DNA from: Epiperipatus broadwayi | Lineage: Eukaryota > Animalia > Onychophora | Direction of reading: 5' to 3' | Assembly (NCBI GenBank): GCA_028023455.1 | Contig: JAQFVV010000007.1 | Coordinates: 10,230,001 to 10,294,000, forward strand | Length of the DNA: 64,000 nt | Part shown: positions 25,489 to 38,680 of the stretch, in pieces | How positions within the stretch are numbered: the stretch's first letter is position 1 | Layout: each line of letters starts with the position of its first letter | The notes under the pieces: model-generated | Told to the model about the DNA's origin: nothing | Databases searched by the model: none | Seen by the model: only the letters and a program-made list of their open reading frames with translations | Program-made: the position numbers and the translations under genes

Positions 25489-25855
25489 ATGAATTCATAG
25501 TATTATGTCCAGGAGCCTCCATGTAGTAAAAATATAGGAGCTAAAATAACTGATGTTTCATTACAATAATAAGTACTGTCCTCAAAGCTTCTTTTTCTCA
25601 AATCATAAAAATGGGTGTGGTGAGATTTAAAATCGTTATTTTTCCCCTGGTTATTTTCTTCTCATCCTCAAACCAATAGAATTTGATAATGGGGAGAAAA
25701 TAACAAAGAAAAGGAATAACAATTTTAAATCTCACCACATACATTCATAGGATTTAAGAAAGAAGAAGCTCTGAGGAAAGCACTTATCATTGTACTGAAA
25801 TAGCTACAATATTTTTACTACATGGAAGTTCCCATAAATAATACTATGAATTCAT
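25489..25855. repeat. Fold-back inverted repeat, ~170-185-bp arms, short spacer ~25676-25691
   Basis: atgaattcatagtattat / ataatactatgaattcat; tgtggtgagatttaaaat / attttaaatctcaccaca; ttattttcttctc / ggggagaaaataa. Confidence 0.85.
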
Positions 25856-28800
25856 ATATATAATCAAAATATTCTAAAATACACTCTACAAAATTCAATA
25901 TGCTTATTGTAATGGTATATAATATGCCATTACATTAATTTAAGATTAAAAAAAAAAACTTAAGTTCGTAAATAAAAAGTAAAAGCTAAAAAATTAAATA
26001 GTTGTTAAACATATATATATATATATTCGCACAGATGCAAAACTATAAAAGTATTTTTTTTTAAATAAAAAAAAAGTATTTGAACATATTTTTTCTAAAA
26101 AAAGATAAAAGATCTAAATATAAAATATTTTAATAAAAAGTAATGTAAGTAAAAATAGAAACAGGTATTAATTAATTTCTGAAATCTCAAAATGGAAATG
26201 ATTGTGTTATTAATTATCAAAAAGCAAACTAGCCCTTGGGGATCTTATATAAAAAAGTCAGATAAAAGATATAGATAAGAGAACAAAAAAAATTAGATGT
26301 CCAATAGAAGCAGCAATGAATGCTCGGACCATAATGAAAATTTGGAACAGGAAACCATTGTTCAGTGAATCCAGACGATTGGTATAAAAGGAAAAAATAT
26401 TCAAATTAAAACAGTTCCAGCTCAATTTTGTGAGAAGGAGAGTAAGATGCACTTGTTATCCTCTCTCACTTATTTCAAATGAAATGACTGTTGAATTATG
26501 AATGGTATGTTACAGACCCGAATCATATGGGTTCGGCAATAAAATAGTACCAGATTGATGCAGCTAAGGCTACCTCCAGAACAACAGACCAGTCTTCAAA
26601 TAAAGACTTCATGGGAATTGGCAGCAGAAACCAGGAGCTCTTCTACTGTAAGATATAAACTGAAAAATTTAAAAAAAAATAATTAAGAACTTTCAAGATT
26701 TGACAAGCTAAACCTAATTTTTTTAAAATGAACTTTAATCTGACTTTTCAAATCAATTATTAATGTTTAATTTTTATACATTTGAGTTTGCTAATTTAAT
26801 CATTTCCATTTTTTTTAAATAAATATTTATTGACTAAATTATATAAATGTTAAATTTAAGTCGGGCATGAATGGCTGCATAGATTCATAAAGTTATATTA
26901 ATTAATTAAGGGAGAGTTAATCTTAGGTTATTTGTTTCGTAGTTAAATTGGGTTAATCGATTGGATATATTGGTGTAATTAGTAAATGTAGCATGAGATT
27001 CGCTATGTGCAGGATCCTATTATACACTATACTTGGGAAAAATAAGTTCCATATCTCACTGACCATCAGAAGCAGACGGTATTCCCTGCTCCTTGGATCA
27101 CCCCTTTTAGCCTATGGAATGGGATAGTAAGACAGAAAACACAGTCTTTTCCTATGGAGTTTTTTTATTATTCTTCTTACCAGACAAATGTAGTATTCCT
27201 GTACTGGATGAGAGTCAATGTCTTCTATAACCATGCTGTTCAGATGTACATTCCTGAGAGTATGGTATTTGTGCTGTCGTATTCATGCTGCATTGAATAC
27301 ATCAATGTATCAGATGAATTGATGTTGGTTTGACTGTGAACTTTTGGCCTAAGGTTAAATAAGGGATAGAATATTTTCTTTTCAAATGCAATCTATGTAG
27401 TTTATTCATACTCAACACTCTAATAAATATTAAATTCATCTGTGCAGTTTGTTTAAAATAAAAATTTAAATTAAAAAATTTAAATTAAAAAATTAATAAC
27501 CAACCTAAATAATAAATTTTATTCCTCAATTTTATTTATATGTGCATTAATAAATGTTTGTGTGTTAATTACTAGCAGTGGCTTATTTCATTTTTTTTAA
27601 ATATTAATATATTTCTTTTAAGCAAGTTTTATATTAAATCTCTGCTGTTCCCTGAGCTAGTGGCATGGGCTGATGGTCAGAATAAACCATATATATGTAA
27701 AGGTTAGATCTTAACAGCATGTATCTGCCTACTCTATAAATTTTCCAGGTTCCAAATGCCTGGTGGTGCCCTGTACGGCAGATACAGTAAGACTCTTTGA
27801 TCTCCCCAATCATTAAACTATATAAAATAAATAACTGAATATTAGCTTTAGCTAGCTTATGACAGTTTTAAATTTTATAGACTGTATTCTAGAAAATTTT
27901 GATTATTATATGTGCTTTGTATGATTTTATATATATATCAGTCAACACTTAGACAATCTCAATTTCAATAACAATCACTCACTTCAATAATATATAAATA
28001 TGTATTGTAATCATTAAAAGCCAATCAACATTTAAACATTTCCAATATCAATAACAATCAACAATTTGAATCTGTTGTCAAGGCAACCTCCTTTTAACAA
28101 TAAAGGTGGAATTTATATATATATAACAGAAATGGTCCTACTATATTGTATAAATTTAATGATTTTAAAAAATATTTTTCAAAAAAATGAGATATAAGCT
28201 ATTAAAAAAGTCAATGTTTTAGTTAGTACCTGTAACCAACAAAAATATTTCAATACATTTTTTTGTAGTCTGTAAATTATTTCAAAATAGAAAAGGGCTT
28301 TGAAAATGTCTTATACTTGATTACGATTCAGATAATGGATATTACACTAAGAATAGCTGAAAGATACCAGAAAAACAAATTAACAATTCGCGAAAAAGTA
28401 AATTAAAATAATTCAATGTATGAAGGAATAATAAAAGATACCATTTTATGCATACAAAAAGTAGAAAATTCATGCAAAAAAGGAATTAATTCATATGAAA
28501 AAAATTGGTGAATTTATACAAAATATTTTATTGTATTATAAAAACTGCTTTGATACAATTTATAATGAATTTACACACAAATAGGCTTGAGGCCTATATA
28601 AAAGGACATATTCATACACAATTTTTAAATTGTCAAGATAAGATAGATTTGTGCAATAAATATTAAACTATTAGCTTTTTATATGCAAATGTATATCACA
28701 AATTTGATTGAGAAATTTCTTCTTTATGCTAGTTTATGACTTAATGGTTATTCTACACTTTTATCTCAGTCAGTCAGCGTATGTTCTTGGATTACTTATT

Positions 28801-29008
28801 TCTTACTACTTTAAAATACAATGAAATGTGTTTAAAGATGAAATGAAAAGAGTAGCTAATTATTATACCACTAGAAAAATAATAGCAAAGAGCGAACAAT
28901 TACAAAATATGCTTCTAAGAGGATCAAGGGAAACTGAAAACAGCTAAAAAGGATAATTTGAACAAATAATTTCTTTTGTAGATTTCAATTTTATTATAAA
29001 AATAAATC

Positions 29009-29087
29009 TTTTTTTTTTTCATATGTCAAATGCGTTAATCGGGAAGCGAACCCGGGCCAGCTGCTTGGAAGGCAGCTATGTTAACTA
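29009..29087 (-). mobile_element. tRNA-Gly(TCC)-derived short SINE, 5'-truncated
   Basis: Minus: catagctgccttccaagcagctggcccgggttcgcttcccgattaacgca + tttgacatatg + poly(A); matches the tRNA-Gly(TCC) body. Confidence 0.85.
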
Positions 29088-29221
29088 TTAATTATTTTTA
29101 TAAATTTCAATTTTATTGTACAAATCAATCTTTTTGTTTAACTCGACCTTTTTTATAAGAATGGAATGTAATTTTATAAAATGATATGAAAAGAGTTAAT
29201 AAAAAAATAAAAGAAATTATG

Positions 29222-29323
29222 TCAAGCATTGTTAGCCGAGAGGTCATTGCAGCCGCGTTGCAAGCAAGTAGTTGGTTGTAGACGGTTGTGAGTTCGCCTC
29301 CCGGCCGATGCTATGACATATGG
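29222..29323 (+). mobile_element. tRNA-derived short SINE with 18-bp TSD
   Basis: A-box ttagccgagagg, B-box gagttcgcctcc, tail tatgacatatgg. Perfect TSD aaaataaaagaaattatg at 29204-29221 and 29324-29341. Confidence 0.88.
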
Positions 29324-29547
29324 AAAATAAAAGAAATTATGATTTTATTCTTTACTTCATTTTCTTTATTCCTTTCCAATCAATCTTTTTTTTTTTTATC
29401 TTAATTATAAAAACTCACATTATTTCTTTAAGCCTTGATGGACACCCTTTGAGACTATTAGGGCTTGAAGCAGGCACAGCTCTCCATACAGTAGTGCCAC
29501 TTAGTGCAAGCCAGAGTAATATAATCAGTGAATGCCAGAAGGCTTGT

Positions 29548-29782
29548 GCATAAGAAATGGTGATCACGTGAATATTATAGCTTTAAAAAAAAGAAAATAA
29601 AGATTGATTAGTAATGGATTAGAAGATGTTAACACCTACAAATATTTTGTCCATATTATTACAGTAGAGTAAAAATATTCACTATATTTTGTTTCAAGCT
29701 CCCTCATGTACATTATACATTAGGTATAATTTTTTGGTAAGCTTTAATTAAATAAACATCACATGATCACCATTTCTTATGC
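29548..29782. mobile_element. Candidate 235-bp MITE with 24-bp TIRs
   Basis: gcataagaaatggtgatcacgtga / tcacatgatcaccatttcttatgc (1 mismatch), flanked on both sides by ttgt (29544-47, 29783-86). Confidence 0.6.
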
Positions 29783-29832
29783 TTGTTTATAACTGTTATT
29801 TAAACAGACAAACTCCCTATTCATATTTCCAC

Positions 29833-29975
29833 TCTGTGCAAGCCAGAGTAATCAATGAATGCCAGAAGGCTTGTGCATAAAATCCTAGTGTCTACTTATC
29901 CAATATTCCCAGACTAGTTTTGGGCTTGTGGCCTTTGTCAGTGAAGAGCCTTGGATCTGAGAGCACTGCACCTAG
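29833..29975 (-). mobile_element. Family B unit with decayed HHR (minus strand)
   Basis: Minus: ggctcttca CTGACAA aggccacaagccc AAAA ctag TC tgggaa. Shares flank gtgcaagccagagtaatcaatgaatgc with 16498-16545 and 29505-29552. Confidence 0.75.
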
Positions 29976-30743
29976 ATTTTAGGATCTAATACAACCCTCC
30001 AGCAGTCACCTTTTATCTCTACTTAACTACAAAACTATGAGTCTTAAATTAAAAACACTATAATATTTTCAGTCCAAGCTCATTAGCTTATATAGTAATA
30101 TAGGTCATAATTCAGTTCAGTACTACATTTTGGAGTCTTTGGTTCTTTAATAACCATAGCCACTACTATTCTATTAGGCAGGATTGTTTTTAATCCAATA
30201 AACATCACATGATCAAAGAGGCAATATGTATGGAGGGTTTTGCCTGTTTATGCTTTAATTGAACTGAAAGTATATAGTACTTTTCAATAGCCACATACTT
30301 ATATAACACAAAATGCTTTTTCATGTGTATAGTATGGATATATAAATTATGATTATAATACAAGCAAAAATTAAGAAAGAGTAGCACAATTATTAATAAT
30401 AAATTGAAGGAACACATTTATATTGATTATGTGTGATTTCACATACTAAAAAACTTATTGTACTATAACTTTATTTTTTTAAGTATAATGAATAATGAAA
30501 TGTTGACTTTTGTCACAATAAAACACACTTTAAACAATATCCTTTTTCTTCTTTGACTTTTTCCCTTGATGGAAAAACAATTTGTTTTGATGTTTTATTG
30601 GCATCACAATCCATATAGTTATCTCTATTTGCTGAAATTTATTTCTGATTATAATATCAATTTTTGAAACTTTTAAATTTTTGACACAATATAAAAATGT
30701 TTTCCAATTTTTTTTGTCATTAATAATCCACAAGAAAGATGTC

Positions 30744-31251
30744 TGCAATTAGAACAAAAGTAGCTATCTCCCACTGAATTATGTGATATCAAAAATCATG
30801 AAAAGACAGAATGATACCATTCGATCTTAAGCTCTGTTATTTTATAAGCTAAGGGTGAATTTTGTTTATTTTTTAAATCTATGTACAGACTAAAATGTCT
30901 GAAATCACCATATTCAGAGGCTGAAGAATGAGTCTTATTTTTAACCTCTGAATATTAGATGAGATATTAATTTTAACAAGTAGTAATAATAAATAATCAT
31001 AACTGTTTAAATATCTGTAATTGAAATAAAAGTAACCACCTCTGACTGAATTATGTGATATCATAAACCACAAAAAGTCAGAATAATACCACACTGTCTT
31101 TAAGCTCAATAGTTATATAAACTTAATTTTTTATGTAGTTTTGAAGTTATAGAGGCAATTTTGTCTATTGTTTTAATCATGCTGTATTTTTGTGGCTTTT
31201 GATATCACATAACTCAGTGTGAGATAGTTATTTCTATTTCAACTATGCAAC
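30744..31251. repeat. Tandem (~272-bp period) plus inverted copy, same architecture as the PLE families but no HHR seen
   Basis: ctgaattatgtgatatc at 30774 and 31046; reverse copy gatatcacataactcag at 31201. Confidence 0.75.
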
Positions 31252-34200
31252 ATGTACCACCTCAAAATTCAGAAAGATAAATAAATGGAAACATTTGCAT
31301 GCTTTCAATATAACCCAAAGAAACATTATTAATAAATGTGATTATGGATGACCCTCTGAAACAGAAAAATGGTAATTGCAATTTATCCACTACTTTGAAC
31401 ACTTTTTAGCAAAACCATTTTATTGTATCTCTATGCATACGCAATCTTATGTTTTGATTGGTCTACAATCTTCTTAGGAGCCAATTTTATTGTCATTTTT
31501 TAAAAGTAAAAAAAAATTAAATAAAATTGGCTCTGAAGAAGTCTGCAGAACAGTCAAAATGTAAGATTGCATATGCATGTAGATACAATAAAAGATTTTT
31601 GCTAAAAGGTGTTTCAAAGTAGTGGATAAATTGCATTTATATAAGATATTACAGCAAAATAAAAGAAGTGGTGAATTTGGTAATATTTCTAAAAAATGAT
31701 AATTGCCATGCCACAAAATTTATTACATTTATGAATATTTTTTGTTTATTTACACTTTTTTGTTGTTTGCATTTTTTTTGGACATTATATATTGATATAG
31801 CATATATCGTGGTTTTGCTGTGATATAGATGGAAGCGTATTATACGAAATTAGTCATAAAATTAATGTAACTGAAATTCTTGATAGAAATAATAATAAAG
31901 AAAATAATGCTGTTGTATTTAAAAAAGAAAAATAAGATTCTAAAAATAGAAGCTATAACAATTTTAAAGGATTAGGAGGAAAGTTATAAAACATTACTGC
32001 TATTGATGACCAAAGAATTTTTTATAGAAGACTACAGATTTTTCTACCACATGATTCTACAAAATTAATAAAGCCCCTTTTTATCAGATAACACATATAT
32101 TCAAAACAAATGCAATGATGCAATAAATGAGAAAGATAATGGATAGATTGATCGGAATATTGTTTACATTACTTAATAATAAATGAAATTAAACAAAAAT
32201 TTAATTTAGAGTGACTCTGATAAAAAGAGTTTACTACTAAAAAGAAATATGCTTACATGTTTGAAAAAAAAGATATTTAATAACATGTTTTATTAGCCCT
32301 TACATATGAATCTGAGACTTGAATGAATAATAAAGGAGCAATATAAAGTCTTTAAGTATGGAGAGATTAAAAAAGGAAATATGTGGATAAGAAATCAATT
32401 ATGTATTACTAACCCCAAGTCTGTTTGTTTTCTCAACCACACATTTTACTTTTGACCCATTCCAGAAATGCACCTTTTCATATCTTCAATGCAGTTTGAA
32501 AACTATATTGTACTTTTATTAAACATTCAATTCTCAGGTTTGTATGTGAATACTAGTAAAATAACGTCATTGCCTATAAACTCAGGAGTGTAAGATTCAC
32601 AGATTATTTACAATTCTGATACTACCAGTGATCAAATGTCTTATAAACTCTTGAGCAATTAAACCATTATATGATTTATGTGATGATGCCTTGAAAAACT
32701 AGGAGACTTAAATGGAGCTGAACTGGATAAGTTATTAGAAGAAATAACAGTATATGGTAACTCGCTTGAGATATTGTAAAAAAAACCTAGAAAGAGACTG
32801 TATATGAATCGGTGAGCAAAAAACTAACTAGAATAATGTTGAGAAGCTTTGGAGTAGAACTACTGGAATAAGCATGAAAGATCTTGATTCTACAGATCAA
32901 TAATAGTTTAGAAGGATTATGATGTCATATTTTAATAAATGGCTGCTAAGAATTTACCATAAAATTACTGAAGTACACACATATATACTATATAAATATA
33001 TAGGTAGCACTCTAAAAAACTGGTGATATCTAATAATTAGAAATCATAAGGCTCATTTGATAAGGTTATAGACTGTCTTAAAAGTATTTACATATATTTC
33101 CTGTGTTCTTAATAAATAATTATAACTCTATGATAGTTTATATATTTCCAGTATAAAAATCGTAATATTAACTCATGAATCGCAAGATTTTGCGAATGTT
33201 AATCTGTATAGGAAATAGTGGACTTAAACAGTGGAGAGAACAATAGCTTCATGCTCCCAACTCAAGATACTTCAGATTGGCCCATATAAGTGGAAAGTTA
33301 GGTTAAAGATAAGATGGCCACTCTTATCTTTATAGAAGTCGCTATCTTATGTTGTGGTTTGAGAAGTCCATCTATTGGCAAAATAAAGATATTGCTTGAC
33401 TATTATAAATTTCAAGGTACATTTGATACAGGTTATAGTCTATCTTAAAAGTATTTACATATACTTCCTGTGCACTTAATAAATAATTATAACTTTATAA
33501 CCTTAGGTGATGATTTTTATCATAATATAATGAGAAATTATGGAAAATAAAACTAAATGAAGAGGAACCTAGAAAGTGTGTGGCAATTGTATTATTTATG
33601 CATTGTATAATATTGGGATCATTATTGGGGATTGCAAACTTATCAGGTTCTATAACTACCAGTAAAGCCCTGTCAATTTGGTGCAGGGATAAAGTGACAG
33701 TCTCTGGAGATCTAGATTCCTGCTCATCTCTCAGTTTTATCATTTTCAGCACTCAAACTTTTTATGAACATCTGAGCAATAAATTATTCTAATATTTATT
33801 AGTGATAAAAAATGAATCTTATTTTAAATAGAGTAATGTCTAAAATGTATTTATTTATGTCTGGGACAATCTTTTTTGACAAACATTCCTTTATTTGCAA
33901 GATGCTCATTGTTAACATTAGAATTTAATGATTAATAATTACAAAATTTAGCTCATATGCTCATTAATTACATATCCTGTAAGTCATAAGATATAAGAAG
34001 ATTAATTTTTACACACGGAAAATATTGTTTAACAATTAGATATCAGAGTTATACCTAGAAGCCACCATCTTATCCATTAATATTATCTTATATCATTGGA
34101 CTTTTCTGTAATAAAAATGAGAATACTTCTTTTATGCAATTTATACAATGCAACACTCTGTCACACTTGCAAAATAGCTGACAGTTTCAATTGCTCAAAG

Positions 34201-34552
34201 GTCTTCCTCAGAGGTTTTTTTAATACTTAAAGCCTTTTTTGTCTTAAAATACTTATGTAATAATAACAATTAATTGTATATATTTTTATTGTTGTGACAA
34301 CAAAAAACAGAGTGTAAGTAATTTGTTTTAAAATAAAAAGACCTTCAATTGCCCAGTCAGACATAAAAGTAGTTATTTACTGAAATAGTTAAAATGTAAC
34401 TATATTTGAAAACAAGCCGATGATTTAATCTCTGCTATTGCTGATTAAATACTTTTTAATGTATTACTGACTGTAGTTTCTTCGCTACAATATTTTACGA
34501 AGTTATAAACCTGCTTTTTATTTGACAAAACACATATACAGTATACAGTATT

Positions 34553-35159
34553 TAATATTAGAGTATGAGCACAGACTCTCACATGACCCACCACTCTCCA
34601 CTCCATCTAATAGCACTGATACACTTAAACACATATATGTTGAAAAGATAAATAATCACCAATATACGTATTTCATGCTAAACCAGCAATCATCAGTTGG
34701 TCCAGATTATCATCTCTACACATATATACTATTACATTATAGAGATGTCTGCTCATCCTTGCATATGTATTTAATGGATTATGTCCTGTACATGTGGGGT
34801 TCAGATTGACCTTGGGTCAACATGGGTGTGACAAGAATCTCGGCCTCAGGGTGGCCTTTGAGCATTTCATCATCAGATTTTCAATTGGATGGACGGTTGA
34901 AGAGTTGGAGTGTGGAGTAGATTGAAGCCTGTCCATTAAAGTATGAGGATTGTCTATCTTAATATATATCTGAGCACTTATAGTATATATGTGTAGAGAT
35001 GAAAATCTGGACCAACTGATGATTGCTGGTTTAGCATGAAATACGTATATTGGTGATTATTTATATTTTCAACATATATGTGTTTAAGTGTATCAGTGCT
35101 ATTAGATGGAGTGGAGAGTGGTGGGTCATGTGAGAGTCTGTGCTCATACCCTAATATTA
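34553..35159. mobile_element. Young family A fold-back: near-identical 180-bp arms (34553-34732, 34980-35159), each with an HHR
   Basis: Arms differ at only a few positions by eye. The spacer contains the upstream part of the family A unit. Confidence 0.92.
35011..35054 (+). ncRNA. Minimal type I hammerhead ribozyme, family A (mirror copy 34658-34701, minus strand)
   Basis: ACCAA CTGATGA t TGCT ggttt AGCA t GAAA TA cg TA TA TTGGT: stem I 5 bp, stem II 4 bp (U-U at base), stem III is the 8-nt palindrome ATACGTAT, AUA triplet. Confidence 0.75.
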
Positions 35160-36235
35160 CATATATATAGACACAGGTATAAATAAGCCTGTGTTTCAGT
35201 TATTATACAGTATTTAAAATTATACTATAATGAAAAAATGAAAAAAATCAAATAGATGAATAGGCCAATTGAATACGAATTATGCCGATTGTGTGTGCGA
35301 TTATATGGATAGGAAAAAATTCATATGATGTGGTGAAAGAGATAATGAGAATTACGGTCAAAAATGATTAAACGGGCGTGTAAAATTGATCAAATTGTCC
35401 TGAATATTTCTTTTTAAGTCAAATACTTTTGGTATACAAATACACTTATAGTGACTAATACGAATTCCATATTTATTAGGTTCTATTCTATCCTTACGAC
35501 ATACTCCTGCTATATAAACCTGTCATTACTTTAGGCATTATTTTTTCATTCATAAATTTAGTGTTTTATTTCTCATAAAGGTGTTGATGTAATTATACAT
35601 TTCAAAGCACCTTTTAAGAAAACAATCGCATTTCGGACTGATAACGTATGATTGCTTTATAAATATTATTTCACTTCTTAGTTGAATGCATTTTACATTT
35701 TAATTGAATTCTCAATCTATCTTTTCATCTTTGGAGCACGAATGTCTATTCAATACGGTTTTTGCCAAAACCTGTGCCAATTAAGCCGTCATTTTATTTA
35801 GCGTTTTACTCACAATGTAGGGTGGGAATTGACCACTGGGAAATATATTCATTATGTCATGTGATTATTACGCTGTGACTTTCTTCAATTGCCGCAGTCT
35901 ATAGCTGTTTTCATATTTTCTGACCATTAGCTGGCCGCTCTTTGTATGATTTAATAATAGATTTCTTCTTACTATAAAATTTTACTGATGAAAATTAATA
36001 TTTTTTTTTTTTTACGGAAGTTGAGTGAAGATGAATAATTTATGGAAAATTTACCCATACGTCATTTTCAAGTAAAAATTTCTTTTATAAAATCTTTAAT
36101 TCTGTTATTTCCCACGCTATTTTAATTTACTATTAGGATTAAATTTTTAATATTATTTATAATCGTTATTGATTCACTGCACGATTAAGATATATCTAAG
36201 TTAAATACAGTTTCTCGGATTCATATTTTTTTTTC

Positions 36236-36600
36236 TCCACATCATATCAACAAACTTTCTTCTTTCGTTAATCGTGTGGTCTCTTTCAGGTCTTTTGCAA
36301 TGTCTTGGGATCCAGTTTAAGATTTGAAATACCCACGTATTATCATTTCTTCTAGTAATATGTTTAGCCCAACTCTGTTTCAGTCTAAGAATTATTTATA
36401 ATGCCAGTAATACCTGTTTGTTCTTTGACTCGTACTTTATTTTCAATCTCTTCTTGTTATTCCTAACATAAGTCTCTCCAATATTCATTTAGTGATGAAA
36501 TCTCTGATTTACCCTTCTATTTATTGTCCAAGTGTCAAATCCGTAAGCAAAAACCTGTAAAACATATATATTAAAAACCTTCATTTTCAAACATATCTGT
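36236..36600 (-). mobile_element. Decayed RTE LINE fragment (RT C-terminal region)
   Basis: Colinear with 51340-51715 of the intact RTE (tgtggtctc, gggatccagttt, atctcttcttgttattcctaacata, aaaaacctt...ttttcaaaca). Confidence 0.8.
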
Positions 36601-37319
36601 AAATTTTCATTTAATAGTAACAAAAAACACTACATTAAAATTTAATTGTACTATTAATTTCATTATATTTCCACCTGTACTAATTCACCAAGGTATTTGT
36701 AGTCCCTAATTACTATTAATTCATGATTATTAATCTTTATTTTCTTCTTGTGAGAAAGCCTATTGAACATTATTTTAAATATGCAATATTATTTTTATCA
36801 AAATGATGAATACAAAGTTATTAATCAGAGATAAAATCACTCTTTTTGTGTTTTTAATTAAATATAGTCTACGCAATTTACATCTTTTTTAAAAACACCA
36901 TAGTACAGTGGCACATCAACTTACGATTTTTACTATGTGAGTTGAGATTCTTTTGCCTCAAGTTCCAAACAGGCTTAGAAGGTTTTTTCTAGACAACTGC
37001 CTAGAACCAAGCTAACTAACTTTTCACTACAGGTTAGTAACTGGGTATCCTCTTTGATAAAAGGTAAAACAAGAATGAAAAGAAACTCAAATGTTCATTT
37101 TTTTTATTATGAATGACTGCTGGATAGGCTTTTTCTATACAATAAACTATGTAAAAGGTGTTTTATGTTTCATTTATCTATATAATTTTTTCTCACTTTA
37201 AATGATCTTTCCCATTTCCCTGATTTTCCAACATCTTTGTCTTTCAAATTTTTAATTATTTTGAATAAAAATGTAGGCTAGGAGTCACTTTTGTAAGTTT
37301 TTGAACTCTTTTCAAATAG

Positions 37320-37725
37320 CAGGACACATGGTACATAACTAACATTCCTGTTATTTTTATCTACCTCATATCACATGATTAGTGCCAACGGCATGACAGG
37401 ACACATGGTACATAACTAACATTACTGCTGTCTTAACCTTCCTCAGATCACATGATTAGTGCGAACTGCATTGGTGTCTCCATATTCTTGAGGGCATACA
37501 GCATTGTGCTGGAAGTTCTGATATTCGCAACTTTTACAGGCACCTTGCATAATGCTAACAGCTTTGACATTCCCACTTTTTTTCATGGCACATTGTACAA
37601 TACAGGCATCATTGGTGTTTCCATCTCCCTCTGAATAGGTGGAATAGTACTGACAGTATTGGTGTTTCCACTTTTCCTAGGGGATGTGGAACCATGCTAA
37701 CAGCATTAGTGTTTCATCTCCTTTC
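37320..37725 (+). repeat. 78-bp tandem duplication followed by a diverged ~47-bp minisatellite
   Basis: aggacacatggtacataactaacatt at 37320 and 37398; att(g/a)gtgtttc recurs at 37611, 37658 and 37705. Confidence 0.8.
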
Positions 37726-38680
37726 CAAGAATATACAATTAATAGTAACTTATGACTATTTTTCAGGCATTTAAATTCTTTATTTTTGATTCAAAATGTC
37801 TCTATCCTTCAAGTACATCCTTCTCTGTAATGTGTTGTCCTGGTCTCAATAAAGGAATATGTTATTATATGGGATATGACATTTTCATTAGGTTAGATAA
37901 AAATTTAGCAATCCTATTTTTTATAAGACAGTTGTATTTATTATTACAATTCCTTGTTGTAAATATCTAATAAATAATTGCACAACTACGCTCACACATA
38001 TATTGCCTTGTCTGAAAGTCACATGAATCATGAGTTACAAAATAAAATGTGACAGTGTTATTTATATCTTAACTAGGATGGATCAAAGCATTAATATTAA
38101 ATTTTTTGTTTTAATTGGATAAAACTTCTGGTAAAATGTTTGAAATGAATTAAACTGTGTGTAGAAGTCAATCAGTGAGAATGTTTTCCTCTGCAAGATT
38201 ATATGATGATAAAGAAACTATTGAAGACTATTGACAAACGTGAAACAGATAAATTAGTAGAGGGGTAAATAGATAAACTATGTTACTACATAACACATGC
38301 AGGATTCAGAGCTAACAATTCTGACAGCTTAGAGTGAATAGATGGAGATTTTTGAAAATGAATTTAGAGTTTTTTCAAATAGTCATTCCACAATTGACTC
38401 AGCATTCAGTATTAACTACTTACATAAATCTGTTTGATTAATATAAATTCTTTCTGAATAAGTAATCACATTGACAAAAAAACCCTAATATGAACAAACA
38501 TACTACAGACACACAAAAAATGGGAGAAGTGGCAAAACTAGTATCTCATATTGAAATAGAAAACCTTGGCACATGGAGTTATTATAATATTGAAAAATTG
38601 ATGCATTTGACTATGTTTGAAAAAAAAAGGTCTTCTAAAATGAAAGAAACTTATAGGTTTGTGATGATGGTATATTATTT

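Noticed and set aside
27195-27230. Degenerate hammerhead in the 1-110 / 27180-27275 repeat
   Set aside because: Both copies are too decayed to define stems; a family consensus is needed
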